Assembly: GCA_963705255.1 (NCBI GenBank)
Contig: OY970061.1
Coordinates: 1,600,001 to 1,664,000 of the forward strand
DNA from: an uncultured Methanoregulaceae archaeon
GTDB lineage: Archaea; Halobacteriota; Methanomicrobia; Methanomicrobiales; Methanospirillaceae
Direction: 5' to 3'
DNA: 64,000 nt
The notes under the pieces are model-generated. The model was not told the DNA's origin and ran no database searches. It worked only from the letters and a program-made list of their open reading frames with translations. The translations under genes and the position numbers were made by a program. How positions within the stretch are numbered: position 1 is the first letter of the stretch; every line of letters begins with the position of its first letter. Shown piece after piece: positions 1 to 10,223 of this stretch.

Positions 1-219
1 GTTGTTTTCCAGGGCAGTCTTGAGTTCCGCAGAGGGGTTGGCAATATTGACAAATACCGCGGCCTGCTCCGCGAACGAGAGGTCATACTGGAAATCCACC
101 TGCGCATTACCGTTCGCATCAAGGTTGATGGTAAGTGCTTTTGCCGTGAATGCTTGTGCGGGCATAACCGCCCATGCAAGGAGGCAGATGCATCCGATAA
201 GGAGATAGGTGCTCTTCAT
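1..219 (-). CDS. Secreted hypothetical protein, N-terminal part (runs off window start)
   Basis: Manual translation from ATG at 219: MKSTYLLIGCICLLAWAVMPAQA-FTAKALTINLDANGNAQVDFQYDLSF..., signal peptide with AQA cleavage site; open to position 1. Confidence 0.75.
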   Translation of the reverse strand, partial: MKSTYLLIGCICLLAWAVMPAQAFTAKALTINLDANGNAQVDFQYDLSFAEQAAVFVNIANPSAELKTALENN

Positions 220-446
220 GTGTGTCAGGTTCACTGTACCTTTTATGCCTATATACGTTTGTCCCTCAACTCCCCCGGCCAGATCGTTACCCGAATGCCG
301 GTCCGGGAAAACCGGCCCGGATCCTCCGGCAATGGGGGGACTATAAATTCCTGAAATCCTGTTTTCCGGCCCGGCAGCGTCCGGATTTTGGATTATCCTG
401 CAGCGGTCCGGGTTGTAACCAGTACACCACACGAAAAAGAGAAAGA

Positions 447-520
447 TGGGCCCGCTGAGATTCGAACTCAGGACCTCCGCCATGTCAAGGCGACGTCATA
501 GCCAACTAGACCACGAGCCC
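447..520 (-). tRNA. tRNA-Val(GAC)
   Basis: Reverse complement GGGCTCGTGGTCTAGTTGGCTATGACGTCGCCTT-GAC-ATGGCGGAGGTCCTGAGTTCGAATCTCAGCGGGCCCA folds as a cloverleaf; AT-rich TATA-like box at about 556-566. Confidence 0.96.
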
Positions 521-669
521 GCGAAAGGATGATGCTCTATAACATCTGCTCTGGTATTATTAAAAATTAGTGTCCCTTATCCGGAATTGCGATCAGCCCG
601 TGTGTCCCGGGAAAGCAGAGAATGCGGATAGTTTATTTCCCGGACTCCCCAATCTCATGACGATATATT

Positions 670-984
670 ATGACCGACGGAACACCAACGCAAAAACAGC
701 TCTTCCTGTTCGAACACGATGCAGGCCGCCTCGAACTGCTCATCCGTATCGTCTACTGGATCCTCATAGGCATCGTCCTCGGGGTCTACGGGATCATCGC
801 GTTCATCGTCCTGTTCATCCAGTGGTTCCATGTCCTGATCCTCGGAAAGCGTAGCCAGGCGCTCTCTGATTTCGCAAAAGGCTACCTTGAATACATGGTA
901 CACGTGCTGCCGTACACGTACATCATGACTGACAAGCGGCCGGACATCCTGCCGGTACCGGTGAAGATACTCGAAGAACGCTGA
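670..984 (+). CDS. Small membrane protein, DUF4389-like
   Basis: RLELLIRIVY..hydrophobic segment..QWFHVLILGKR..Y..MTDKRP pattern typical of the family. Confidence 0.8.
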   Translation: MTDGTPTQKQLFLFEHDAGRLELLIRIVYWILIGIVLGVYGIIAFIVLFIQWFHVLILGKRSQALSDFAKGYLEYMVHVLPYTYIMTDKRPDILPVPVKILEER

Positions 985-985
985 T

Positions 986-1036
986 GCGTTCTTCTCGTCC
1001 TCGGGGTCTGATGACCCCTCGGAATTCGAAGAAGCG
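986..1036. repeat. Long imperfect hairpin downstream of DUF4389-like gene, related to the GAAGAA/TTCTTC hairpin family
   Basis: cgttcttc..tcc..ggggtc-tgat-gacccc..gga..gaagaagcg; T-tract at 1073-1082. Confidence 0.55.
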
Positions 1037-1244
1037 TAGACACGAGACTGCTGCTGGCCGTTGCTGGCCGGCTTTCTTTTTTCTGTCTGGCTGCAGGGAC
1101 CTGTACCACCCCTACTGCACGAAATCTCTTGGCAATTTTTCGATTGGGCCCTGCTTAAAAATTCAATCAAGGTTTGATGATCCGGATCACATTTTTAATC
1201 GTAATATGATCGCGATAAAAAATTTCAGTCAGGGTTCGATTAAA

Positions 1245-1510
1245 GATCTGATCCGCTCTTGGGGACTGCGCCCCCACCACTCAGGTACAGCGAAGACCTT
1301 TCAGCGTCTTCTCGACACTGCCACAGTCTGCTGCGACAATGGCAGTATTCCCCCCATGGGGAGAGTGCAGTATTACCTGTCATATGGCTTATCAAGTGTC
1401 TTCTCCTATGGGGTATTAATCGGTGAGGCCCTGAAACCGCACTCAAGCCCGAAGGGTCTGGGCTCACAAATGCGGCAGGGGTGCTTGCCCACCCTGCCAC
1501 GCGGAGATGT
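1245..1510 (-). ncRNA. Candidate structured non-coding RNA of unknown family
   Basis: Between convergent genes; terminal stem, several internal hairpins, cUUCGg and GAAA loops on the minus strand, TTTAAATA box upstream, T-rich tract downstream; no credible ORF. Confidence 0.55.
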
Positions 1511-1564
1511 TGAGAATTATCCTCCCCGAGGTTATCTGAAAATATTTAAAAAAAAAGAGTATTC

Positions 1565-3169
1565 TCAGATCAGTTCACTCGATATCTTGGCAAACGTTGC
1601 GGTGAAGATGCCGGGCATTCCGCGGATCTCCTCCATCACTGCTGCGGGGACCTCGCTGTCCACGTTCAGGACCATGATCGCCTGTTCGCCGGGGTTGATC
1701 CGCCCGACCTGCATGCCCGCGATGTTGATGTTGCACTTCCCGAGGATGGTCGAAGCCCTGCCGATGACCCCCGGCTTGTCGAGGTGGCGGGAGACGATGA
1801 CATACCCTTCTGGGATCATGTCCATGGTGTAGCCGCCGACCGCAACGATTCTGCTTCGGCCCTTGAAAAAGACGGTCCCGCTGACGGACTCGCCGCCCTT
1901 GTCGGTCTTGATCTTTATCGTGATCAGGTTCCTGAACCCTTTTGCCTCCTGCGTGACAGTCTCGCTGACCGCGATTCCCCGCTCCCGTGCGATGAACTCT
2001 GCGTTCACGATATTGACCGGCTCCTGGAGGATCGGGTCGAGGAGCCCCTTGAGGGCGAGCCGTGTTACGAACTTCATGCTGCCGGCATAGGCCGACAGGT
2101 CCCCGCCGTAGATGCACTCTACGGAAGAGAGGCGCCCGCCGGCAGTCTGGATGGCAAACCTGCCCATCTTCTCGGCAAGCTGGGCGTAGGGCTCGAGCAC
2201 TTCCGCCTGCTCCGGCGGGACCATGGGTGCATTGACGACATACTTCGCCGACCCGCCCCTGAGCACCTCGATGCACTGCTTTGCAACGGAGACTGCGACA
2301 TTCAGCTGTGCCTCGACCGTACTCGCACCAAGGTGTGGCGTGACGATGACCTGGTCGAGCGAGAGGAGCGGGGACTCGAGCGGGGGCTCCTCCTCGAAGA
2401 CATCGAGGGCTGCCCCGGCTACCTTGCCGCACTTGATAGCGTCATAGAGCGCCTTCTCGTCGATGATGCCGCCGCGGGCGCAGTTGATGATCCGGACGCC
2501 GTCTTTCATCGTGGCAATGCTCTTCGCGTTGATCACGTGCCGGGTCTCCGCGATCAGGGGAGTATGGACGGTGATGATGTCGGCGACTTTGAAGAGGTCT
2601 TCCATGGACATCATCTCGACGCCGAGCTGTGCCGCCCGCTCCTTCGTGATGAAGGGGTCGTAGGCCACGCACTTCATGTCCAGTGCGTTCGCCCGCTTTG
2701 CCACCTCGCGGCCGATACGCCCGAAACCGACGATGCCCAGCGTCTTTTCGTTGAGCTCCACGCCCATGAACTTCGAGCGCTTCCACTCCTTCTTCTTCAG
2801 GCTCGCGTTCGCCTGCGGGATGTTGCGGGCGAGCGCCTGCATCATCGCCATCGTGTGCTCGGTTGCCGCAAGGGTGTTGCCCTCCGGCGCGTTGGCAACG
2901 AGGATGCCTTTCCGCGTTGCCGCGTCCACGTCGATGTTGTCGACCCCGACACCCGCACGGCCGATGAACCTGAGATTTCTCCCCGCCTCTATCACTTTCG
3001 CGGTGACTTCCGTGCCGCTCCGCACGAGCAGGGCGTCGTAGTCCCCGAGGATCCTGCAGAGCTCGTCCTCGGAAAGGCCCGTCATGACATCAACGTCGCA
3101 CGCCGCCCTGAGGATCGCAAGCCCTTCTTCCGCCAGCGGGTCGCTGACGAGCACCTTTGCCTTTGCCAT
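1565..3169 (-). CDS. serA: D-3-phosphoglycerate dehydrogenase
   Basis: GRAGVGVDNID, GFGRIG, INCARGG, TPHLGAST motifs; C-terminal ASB and ACT domains; 534 aa. Confidence 0.97.
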   Translation of the reverse strand: MAKAKVLVSDPLAEEGLAILRAACDVDVMTGLSEDELCRILGDYDALLVRSGTEVTAKVIEAGRNLRFIGRAGVGVDNIDVDAATRKGILVANAPEGNTLAATEHTMAMMQALARNIPQANASLKKKEWKRSKFMGVELNEKTLGIVGFGRIGREVAKRANALDMKCVAYDPFITKERAAQLGVEMMSMEDLFKVADIITVHTPLIAETRHVINAKSIATMKDGVRIINCARGGIIDEKALYDAIKCGKVAGAALDVFEEEPPLESPLLSLDQVIVTPHLGASTVEAQLNVAVSVAKQCIEVLRGGSAKYVVNAPMVPPEQAEVLEPYAQLAEKMGRFAIQTAGGRLSSVECIYGGDLSAYAGSMKFVTRLALKGLLDPILQEPVNIVNAEFIARERGIAVSETVTQEAKGFRNLITIKIKTDKGGESVSGTVFFKGRSRIVAVGGYTMDMIPEGYVIVSRHLDKPGVIGRASTILGKCNINIAGMQVGRINPGEQAIMVLNVDSEVPAAVMEEIRGMPGIFTATFAKISSELI

Positions 3170-3341
3170 AAAAACCCATACAATATCAGCACAATACTTA
3201 AAGAGGGTTATTCTTCCCGTGCAGGTGCCCCCCCGGAATCCCGGAATATCCGCCCGTCCCTGCAGCTGTTCCGGACCCGGGGCGGGACAACACGATGATA
3301 GTTATTATACAGGTGAGGTTGACATTTACAGTGGTGCGAGC

Positions 3342-5624
3342 ATGAAAGATGTGCCTAATATTCTGTGGCTCGAGGAGATACGGAAGGAAGACATCATCTC
3401 GGTAGGGGGCAAAGGGGCTTCCCTTGGAGAGATGGCGTCGATCGGTCTTCCCGTCCCGAAAGCCTTCGTGGTCACTGCCCAGGCCTTCCGCAGGTTCCTT
3501 GTCGAGACCGGCCTTGAAGCGAAGATCTTTGCGTCCTATAACAAGCTCGATGTCGAAGATAACGAGGCCCTCGAGAAAGCGGCCGAAGGTGCGAAGGCCA
3601 TGGTGCTGAAGGCGAAGATGCCTGCGGCGATCCGCGACGAGATCAAGAAGGCCTACAAAAAGATCTCTCCCGACGACCTCATCGTAGCGGTCCGGTCGAG
3701 CGCCACGGCAGAAGACCTGCCGGACGCAAGTTTTGCCGGCCAGCAGGAGACCTATCTCAATATCAGGGGAGAGGCAGCACTCCTGACAGCAGTCCAGAAG
3801 TGCTGGGCGTCCCTGTACGGTGCCCGGGCGATCTATTACCGGGCCAAGCAGGGGTTCGACGACCATACCGTGAACATCGCCGTGGTCGTCCAGCAGCTGG
3901 TCCATTCCGAGAAAGCCGGCGTCATGTTCACGTCCCACCCCATCACGGGAGAGCCGAAGACCATTATCGAGGGCTCATGGGGGCTTGGCGAAGCCGTTGT
4001 TTCCGGCACGGTCTCGCCCGACAACTATGTTTTTGACCAGCGGGCCGAGAAAGTCGTCGACCATTTCATTGCCAACAAGAAAGTCGAGATCATCGCGGAT
4101 GGCGATAACGGGACAAAAGTCGTGGATATTGCAGGAGCCCGCCAGGACGCACAGGTTCTCTCGGACGAGGAAGTGACCAAGCTCGCGATGTACGGCAAGA
4201 TTGCCGAGGACCATTACGGTATCCCCCAGGACGTGGAATGGGGTATCGTCGACAAAACTATCTATATTCTCCAGTCCCGCCCGATCACCACGATCGGGAA
4301 GAAGGAGGCAAAGGGCATGCCAGGGCAGACATCAAGCGGAAAGATCATCCTGAAAGGGCAGGGGGCTGCGCCCGGTATCGCCTCCGGAAAGGTCGTCATC
4401 ATCAGGGACGTCAAGGACACCGGGAGCGTAAAGGAAGGGGACATCCTCGTCACCCGCATGACCAACCCGGACATGGTGCCGGCAATGCGGAAAGTCGCGG
4501 CGATCGTGACGGACGAGGGCGGGATGACCTGCCATGCGGCGATCGTGAGCCGGGAACTGGGCACCCCGGCGGTCGTGGGCACGAAGACGGCGACCAGTGT
4601 GCTGAAAAACGGGCAGCTGATCACGGTTGACGGGGAGATGGGGCTGATCTACGACGGCGTGATAGCCCACGCGGCACCCGCACAGGCGGCAGCCGCACAG
4701 GGCGTGGCTGGGCATGCTCCGATCATCACCGCGACGAGCGTGAAAGTGAACGTCTCCATCCCCGAAGCGGCTCAGCGGGCGGCTGCGACCGGCGCGGACG
4801 GCGTCGGGCTGCTCCGGATCGAGCACCTGATCCTCGGGCTCAACAAGACCCCGGGCTGGTTCATCGCGAACAAGAAGGAAGAGGATTTTGTCCTTGAGCT
4901 CCACGACGGGATCAAGACCGTGCTCGACGCGTTCCCCGGAAAACCCGTCTGGGTGCGGACGCTCGATGCCCCCACCGACGAGTTCCGGAACATGATAGGC
5001 GGCGAGAACGAGCCCCACGAGCACAACCCGATGCTCGGCTGGCGGGGGATCCGGCGCGACCTCCAGAGCCCCGACCAGTTCCGGCTCCAGGTGGAGTCCT
5101 TCAAGCGCCTCTGGAAGGAGGGGTACGAGAACCTCGGCATCATGTTCCCCATGGTCTCCCACCCCGACCAGTTCATCCGGGCAAAGGAGATGATGCGGGA
5201 GGCCGGCGTGGATGTCGAGAAGATCACGCTCGGCATTATGATCGAGATCCCGTCGAGCGCCATCATGATCGAGGACTTCCTCAGGGCCGGCATAAAATTC
5301 GCCTCGTTTGGCACAAACGACCTCATCCAGTACACGCTCGCTATCGACCGGAACAATGAGAACGTTGCGGACATGTACCAGCCCCAGCACCCGGCGGTGC
5401 TTAGCCTGATCCACAGCGCGATCCAGATGTGCCGGGCTTACGACGTCGAGTGCTCGATCTGCGGGCAGGCGGGTTCCGACCCGAAGATGGCAGTCTGGCT
5501 GGTGGAACACGGGATCTCCAGCATCTCGGCAAACATCGACGCGATCGCCAAGATCCGCGAGGCGGTCGCCCGGACGGAAAAACGCATCGTCCTGGAAGCC
5601 GCGAGAACAAAAGATGCTGACTAA
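3342..5624 (+). CDS. ppsA: Phosphoenolpyruvate synthase
   Basis: VGGKGASLGEM, VRSSATAED, GGMTCHAAIVSRE phospho-His, SFGTNDL, SICGQ; start set at MKDVPNILW. Confidence 0.96.
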   Translation: MKDVPNILWLEEIRKEDIISVGGKGASLGEMASIGLPVPKAFVVTAQAFRRFLVETGLEAKIFASYNKLDVEDNEALEKAAEGAKAMVLKAKMPAAIRDEIKKAYKKISPDDLIVAVRSSATAEDLPDASFAGQQETYLNIRGEAALLTAVQKCWASLYGARAIYYRAKQGFDDHTVNIAVVVQQLVHSEKAGVMFTSHPITGEPKTIIEGSWGLGEAVVSGTVSPDNYVFDQRAEKVVDHFIANKKVEIIADGDNGTKVVDIAGARQDAQVLSDEEVTKLAMYGKIAEDHYGIPQDVEWGIVDKTIYILQSRPITTIGKKEAKGMPGQTSSGKIILKGQGAAPGIASGKVVIIRDVKDTGSVKEGDILVTRMTNPDMVPAMRKVAAIVTDEGGMTCHAAIVSRELGTPAVVGTKTATSVLKNGQLITVDGEMGLIYDGVIAHAAPAQAAAAQGVAGHAPIITATSVKVNVSIPEAAQRAAATGADGVGLLRIEHLILGLNKTPGWFIANKKEEDFVLELHDGIKTVLDAFPGKPVWVRTLDAPTDEFRNMIGGENEPHEHNPMLGWRGIRRDLQSPDQFRLQVESFKRLWKEGYENLGIMFPMVSHPDQFIRAKEMMREAGVDVEKITLGIMIEIPSSAIMIEDFLRAGIKFASFGTNDLIQYTLAIDRNNENVADMYQPQHPAVLSLIHSAIQMCRAYDVECSICGQAGSDPKMAVWLVEHGISSISANIDAIAKIREAVARTEKRIVLEAARTKDAD

Positions 5625-6720
5625 GGGTTGTTCTGAAGAAGAACTTTTCTCATTTCTCTCCCGGAAAAAGCGGGAGGACATCGACCATTCGTTTATCCTG
5701 AGCTCCATGTGCACGCTCCCCCACCCGGTTGCGGTCCAGGCACACTGCATGTTCATGGAGGCCAACCTCGGCGACCCCGGGCTCTTTCCCGGAACCCGAT
5801 CGATCGAACAGCTCCTCATCAGCAGGCTGGCGACCCTCTTCCACGGCCCGGATGCGGGAGGCTACGCTACGAGCGGCGGAACCGAGTCCAATATCCAGGC
5901 CCTCCGGCTTGCAAAGGCACTGAAGCCCGGGGTACCATCGCCGAACGTGATCGTTCCCGAATCTGCCCATTTCTCATTCAAGAAGGCCTGCGACATCCTC
6001 GGCCTCGGGATGAGGAGAGTGCCACTGGGGAGGGACTTCCGCATGGACGCCGATGCCGCGGCAGAATCGATCGATGCCGGTACCATTGCCCTCGTCGGGG
6101 TCGCCGGCACGACGGAGTACGGGATGGTCGACCCCATCGAAGACCTCGCACGGATCGCCGGGCAGCACGACCTCTTCTTCCATGTCGATGCGGCTTTTGG
6201 CGGCATGGTGGTCCCGTTTCTTGACCGCCCGATCCCCTTCGACTTCGCCCTCCCGGGGGTGACGACGATTGCCGTCGACCCCCACAAGATGGGCATGAGC
6301 ACGATCCCGGCGGGCTGCCTGCTCACGCGGGACCCGGACCTGCTCCATGTCCTGGACATCGATACCCCGTACCTGACGGTAAAGCAGGAATTTACGCTTG
6401 GCGGCACCCGCCCCGGTGCACCGGTGGCCGCTGCACTCGCCGTGCTCGATTACCTCGGGGTCGAGGGCATGAAGGCGGTCGTGGCGGGGTGCATGAAGAA
6501 TACGGAACGGCTCATCGCGGGCATGGAGACATTTGGTATCCAGCGTGCAGTTACGCCGGATGCCAACGTGGCTACGTTCGTTTGCGAAAAGGAACGCGTC
6601 CCCGGGCCATGGAAAGTTTCGTGGACCTGCCGGAAGCACCTGCGGATCGTCTGCATGCCGCACGTGCACCGGGACCGCATCGAGGCATTTTTAAAAGATA
6701 TTGGTGAACAGCATGCTTGA
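5614..6720 (+). CDS. mfnA: L-tyrosine/L-aspartate decarboxylase (PLP), methanofuran/CoA pathway
   Basis: ILSSMCT, NLGDPGLFPG, SGGTESN, HVDAAFGG, DPHKMG. Confidence 0.92.
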   Translation: MLTKGCSEEELFSFLSRKKREDIDHSFILSSMCTLPHPVAVQAHCMFMEANLGDPGLFPGTRSIEQLLISRLATLFHGPDAGGYATSGGTESNIQALRLAKALKPGVPSPNVIVPESAHFSFKKACDILGLGMRRVPLGRDFRMDADAAAESIDAGTIALVGVAGTTEYGMVDPIEDLARIAGQHDLFFHVDAAFGGMVVPFLDRPIPFDFALPGVTTIAVDPHKMGMSTIPAGCLLTRDPDLLHVLDIDTPYLTVKQEFTLGGTRPGAPVAAALAVLDYLGVEGMKAVVAGCMKNTERLIAGMETFGIQRAVTPDANVATFVCEKERVPGPWKVSWTCRKHLRIVCMPHVHRDRIEAFLKDIGEQHA

Positions 6721-7261
6721 CAGACTCGTAGAATCCCTTGAAACCTGCCCCATGGTGAAACGCGGGGAGTACAACTATTTCATCCACCCGATCACGGACG
6801 GTGTACCGGTTGTGGAACCCGCACTCCTCCGCGACGTGTGCAGCGCCATGATAAAAGTGCTCGACCTGAACGGCGTGGACAAGATCGTGGTCGTCGAGGC
6901 GATGGGCATCCATATCGGCGCGGTTCTCTCGACTATGACCGACATCCCAATGACGATCATGCGCAAGAGGGTGTACAACCTGCCCCACGAGGTCCCCGTC
7001 CACCAGACCACCGGCTACTCGAAAGGCGAACTCTACCTGAACGGCGTGTACAGGGGCGACCGTGTCGTCATCATCGACGACGTGGTGAGCACCGGCGGGA
7101 CGATGAGGGCACTCCTCAAGGCCCTGGAGATCGCCGGGGCCGAGGTCGTGGATGTCTGTATCGCGATCCAGAGGGGGGACCCGGATATCGGGCGCCCGTA
7201 CAAGTCACTGGTCACGATCGAAGTGACGGAAAAGGTGCGTGTGGTTGAGCGGCACCTCTGA
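6713..7261 (+). CDS. hpt: Hypoxanthine/guanine phosphoribosyltransferase (archaeal type)
   Basis: YFIHPITDG, EAMGI, VIIDDVVSTGGT PRPP-binding motif. Confidence 0.88.
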   Translation: MLDRLVESLETCPMVKRGEYNYFIHPITDGVPVVEPALLRDVCSAMIKVLDLNGVDKIVVVEAMGIHIGAVLSTMTDIPMTIMRKRVYNLPHEVPVHQTTGYSKGELYLNGVYRGDRVVIIDDVVSTGGTMRALLKALEIAGAEVVDVCIAIQRGDPDIGRPYKSLVTIEVTEKVRVVERHL

Positions 7262-8186
7262 TCTCATCAAGCTTCTGAACCAGCGGGGGGCAAAGAGGGT
7301 CGCCCTCCAGTTCCCGGAAGGATTGAAACGCCGTGGAGCTGACTGTGCCCGCCTGCTCCGGGAGGCCGGCTTTGAAGTTGTTGTGAGCGGTGACCCCTGC
7401 TACGGGGCCTGCGACCTGGCACTCGGGACACTCGGGTATGCCGACGTGCTGGTCCATTTCGGGCACACGCCGGTCGATGACCGGCCGCAGGTCATTTTCG
7501 AACCATATGAGATCGGTTTTGACTGTGCAGTCCTGGAGAATGCTCTCCCGCTCCTTTCCGGGAGACCGACCGGGCTCGTCACCACGGTACAGCACACCCG
7601 CCTCATCCCTGCCATGGAAGAATTCCTGCGGGGCAAAGGGATTGAAGTGCGGGTCGGCGGTGGCAGTGGGCGGACTCCCTGCAGGGGCCAGGTCCTCGGC
7701 TGCTCCTTTGCGGCAGCCAGAATCGAGGGCGTGGACCAGGTCCTTTTCGTCGGTACCGGGCTCTTTCACCCGGTCGGCATCGCCATCTCGACCGGAGCCC
7801 GGGTGATCGCCCTCGACCCGCTCACCGGGGCGGCACAGGAAGTAAACGGCGACGCTCTCCTGCGCCGCCGTTTCGCCGTAATGGAGAAGGCGAGGGGGGC
7901 AACGAGCGTGGGCATCATCGTCAGCTCCAAGAGCGGGCAGCAGCGGATGGACCTTGCCCGCCGGCTCGTCCCGCTCCACCCCGGCGCGGTCATTGTCCTG
8001 ATGCAGGAGGTCAGCCCCGCCGAGCTGCTCAACCTCGGGTTTGCCTGTTACGTGAACACGGCCTGCCCCCGTCTCGCGTACGACGACCAGGTGCGGTTCC
8101 CGGTTCCCGTCCTCTCCCCGCAGGAGTTCGAGATCCTCTGCGGTACAAGGACCTGGGAAGAGTACGTGATCGACGAGATCCTATGA
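7239..8186 (+). CDS. dph2: Diphthamide biosynthesis enzyme Dph2
   Basis: LQFPEGLK, CYGACD, GQVLGC, TACPR (three Fe-S cysteines); start uncertain by a few codons. Confidence 0.93.
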   Translation: MWLSGTSDLIKLLNQRGAKRVALQFPEGLKRRGADCARLLREAGFEVVVSGDPCYGACDLALGTLGYADVLVHFGHTPVDDRPQVIFEPYEIGFDCAVLENALPLLSGRPTGLVTTVQHTRLIPAMEEFLRGKGIEVRVGGGSGRTPCRGQVLGCSFAAARIEGVDQVLFVGTGLFHPVGIAISTGARVIALDPLTGAAQEVNGDALLRRRFAVMEKARGATSVGIIVSSKSGQQRMDLARRLVPLHPGAVIVLMQEVSPAELLNLGFACYVNTACPRLAYDDQVRFPVPVLSPQEFEILCGTRTWEEYVIDEIL

Positions 8187-8800
8187 AACTCAGGCGCCTC
8201 GAGATGGAGCTCCAGCGCCTTGCGGGATTTACGCGCCCGCGTGCTGCCCTCGAACAGTACCAGACACCCGCCCCGCTTGCGGCACGGCTGCTGTACCACG
8301 CCCTCATGAAAGGGGACATCGGAGGAAAGAGGGTCTGCGACCTCGGGAGCGGTACCGGCATCCTGGCAATCGGCGCCGCACTTCTCGGCGCTGCGTCGGT
8401 CACCGGTATCGAGGCCGACGCGAAAGCGGTGGAGGTGGCGTACGAGAACGCAGCCCTTCTCCAGGAGGCTGACGCCGGGTTTATCGTTGCCGACGTGAAA
8501 GACCCTTCGCTCTCTTCCCGGGCGGGAACATTCGATACCGTGGTCATGAACCCGCCGTTCGGGGCACAGAAGGAACACGCCGACCGCCCGTTCATCGACC
8601 TCGCCCTCGTCCTCGCACCGGTAACCTACGGCATCTTCAATGCGGGATCTGCCCCGTTTGTCAGGACCTACACGGAAGGACGTGGCGAGATCACCGAGAC
8701 GGTTGGCGGCACATTCCCCATAAAAAGAACATTCACCTTCCACACAAAAGACGTGCAGGAGATCGAGGTCGAGATCCTGCGTCTGATACGAAAACAATAG
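8183..8800 (+). CDS. METTL5-family N6-adenine RNA methyltransferase
   Basis: LEQYQTP, DLGSGTG, VMNPPFG, HADRPF. Confidence 0.9.
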   Translation: MKLRRLEMELQRLAGFTRPRAALEQYQTPAPLAARLLYHALMKGDIGGKRVCDLGSGTGILAIGAALLGAASVTGIEADAKAVEVAYENAALLQEADAGFIVADVKDPSLSSRAGTFDTVVMNPPFGAQKEHADRPFIDLALVLAPVTYGIFNAGSAPFVRTYTEGRGEITETVGGTFPIKRTFTFHTKDVQEIEVEILRLIRKQ

Positions 8801-8957
8801 CCCGGCCCCGCAGCACCAGGAATATGGTTGCCAGGCTTGCGACCGGGTTCAGCGGATATACCGGCGCACCGGATATAGTTGCTCTGTAGAAAACCTATTT
8901 TATCGTGTGATTCGCTTATATTCTTTGACGGTTATGAGCGTGACCCCCTCTCTCAGG

Positions 8958-8983
8958 TCGAAGAATTCGTCAGAATTCTTCGA
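8958..8983. repeat. Perfect palindrome of the GAAGAAT..ATTCTTCG hairpin family
   Basis: tcgaagaattc-gtca-gaattcttcga. Confidence 0.7.
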
Positions 8984-9261
8984 ACAGCAGTCTCCTCCAA
9001 GAGCGTCAATTATGAAAACCGATGATTTCTCCAGAGCAGATATATTTTACCAGATAAACCAGGAAATGAAAGCACAGGGCCCGTATCAGCTCCGGACAGG
9101 TGGAACGAGAGGGAGAGGCAGTTTCTGCACGGTGCTGCCGGTTGAAACGTCCGATGATTCTTTCCGGTTCGGGGAAAACGCCCGTTTCACAGTGTGGATG
9201 GCTCCCGGATGAGAACAATACGCTTATATCAGCGGATAAAAAAATACTATCCGGGTATGTT

Positions 9262-9441
9262 ATGGATAAGACAGGAATTATCTCTCTGATCCTCGGGCTG
9301 GTATTATGCGCCCTTGGAGGTTATGCGATCTGGGTATTCCTTCCGGAAGTGGTTGTTGCGGTAGAAGACCTCATCGGCATCGTTGTTCTCTTGGCCGGCC
9401 TGTTGCTGGTTATCTTCGGTATCCTGATCTTCAAAGATTGA
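9262..9441 (+). CDS. Small two-TM membrane protein (59 aa)
   Basis: MDKTGIISLILGLVLC...GIVVLLAGLLLVIFGILIFKD; T-rich terminator follows. Confidence 0.75.
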   Translation: MDKTGIISLILGLVLCALGGYAIWVFLPEVVVAVEDLIGIVVLLAGLLLVIFGILIFKD

Positions 9442-9479
9442 AAATTTTAAAAAACACCTGAATTTTTTTTATCCTCTTT

Positions 9480-10223
9480 TTATACTTTGACCACGAGGCA
9501 CTGCGAACCGGCGGTTTCCAGGACCGGTTCTGCCTTTGCCTCAAAAAAGTCATCGAATGCCTTTTTTACCCCCGGTGCCGTGATATAGTCGTGGGAGATG
9601 ATGATGCCCCCCGGGCTCATGCGGGAATAGAAAAATTCCAGGCACTGCTTCGTGCTCTCATAGCAGTCCACATCGAGGTTCACCATCGAGAATGACTTTT
9701 CCCTGACCGGGTCCGAGGTATGGGGGAAGATCCCCTTGTAGAAATAGACCCCGCCGGCGTCCTTCAGGTAATCCCTGACATGGTCGTACGAGGCAGCGAA
9801 CTTCCCTTCGTAAAAGGGCCAGACCATGTCGATGTCATCCACATTCGGGAGCCCTTCGAACGTGTCGAACAGATGGAGAGGTTTGTCACCCTTGGCAGAG
9901 CAGATGATCTTCGCTGAACCGCCTTTGTATACCCCTACTTCGGCGATATCGCCCGGCACCTTCCGGGTCCGTTTTACTGCCATGAAGATATGGTACGCCT
10001 CGATGTCCTCGAGGAGGAGTTCGGTCTCCGATCGGATCTTCCGGAGATCCCTCGCGAACTCCTTCCGCTCATCGCATCCATAGTGGGAGAGCCGGCCCCT
10101 TGTCGCGATATCATTGCCGATGAACGGCTCAAAAACAGCGATCTTCCTGAATTTGAGAAGATATTTGCTGGGGACAACGGTATCAAAAACCCAGAACAAA
10201 TTCTTTTTCGGGAACAGACTCAT
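9480..10223 (-). CDS. TylF/MycF-family O-methyltransferase
   Basis: GDIAEVGVYKGGS, LFDTFEG, LDVDCYEST, GGIIISHDY. Confidence 0.88.
   Translation of the reverse strand: MSLFPKKNLFWVFDTVVPSKYLLKFRKIAVFEPFIGNDIATRGRLSHYGCDERKEFARDLRKIRSETELLLEDIEAYHIFMAVKRTRKVPGDIAEVGVYKGGSAKIICSAKGDKPLHLFDTFEGLPNVDDIDMVWPFYEGKFAASYDHVRDYLKDAGGVYFYKGIFPHTSDPVREKSFSMVNLDVDCYESTKQCLEFFYSRMSPGGIIISHDYITAPGVKKAFDDFFEAKAEPVLETAGSQCLVVKV

Noticed and set aside
1245-1510. SRP RNA, RNase P RNA or a riboswitch
   Set aside because: Diagnostic conserved motifs not found, and the element is 3' of both neighbouring genes
984-1832. 282-aa plus-strand ORF and other long antisense ORFs (e.g. 1784-3298, 37747-39567, 42703-44976)
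   Set aside because: Shadow ORFs of GC-rich genes on the opposite strand or another frame; no motifs
8907-9212. 101-aa ORF as a real gene
   Set aside because: Overlaps a palindromic repeat and shows no recognisable motif; cannot be supported
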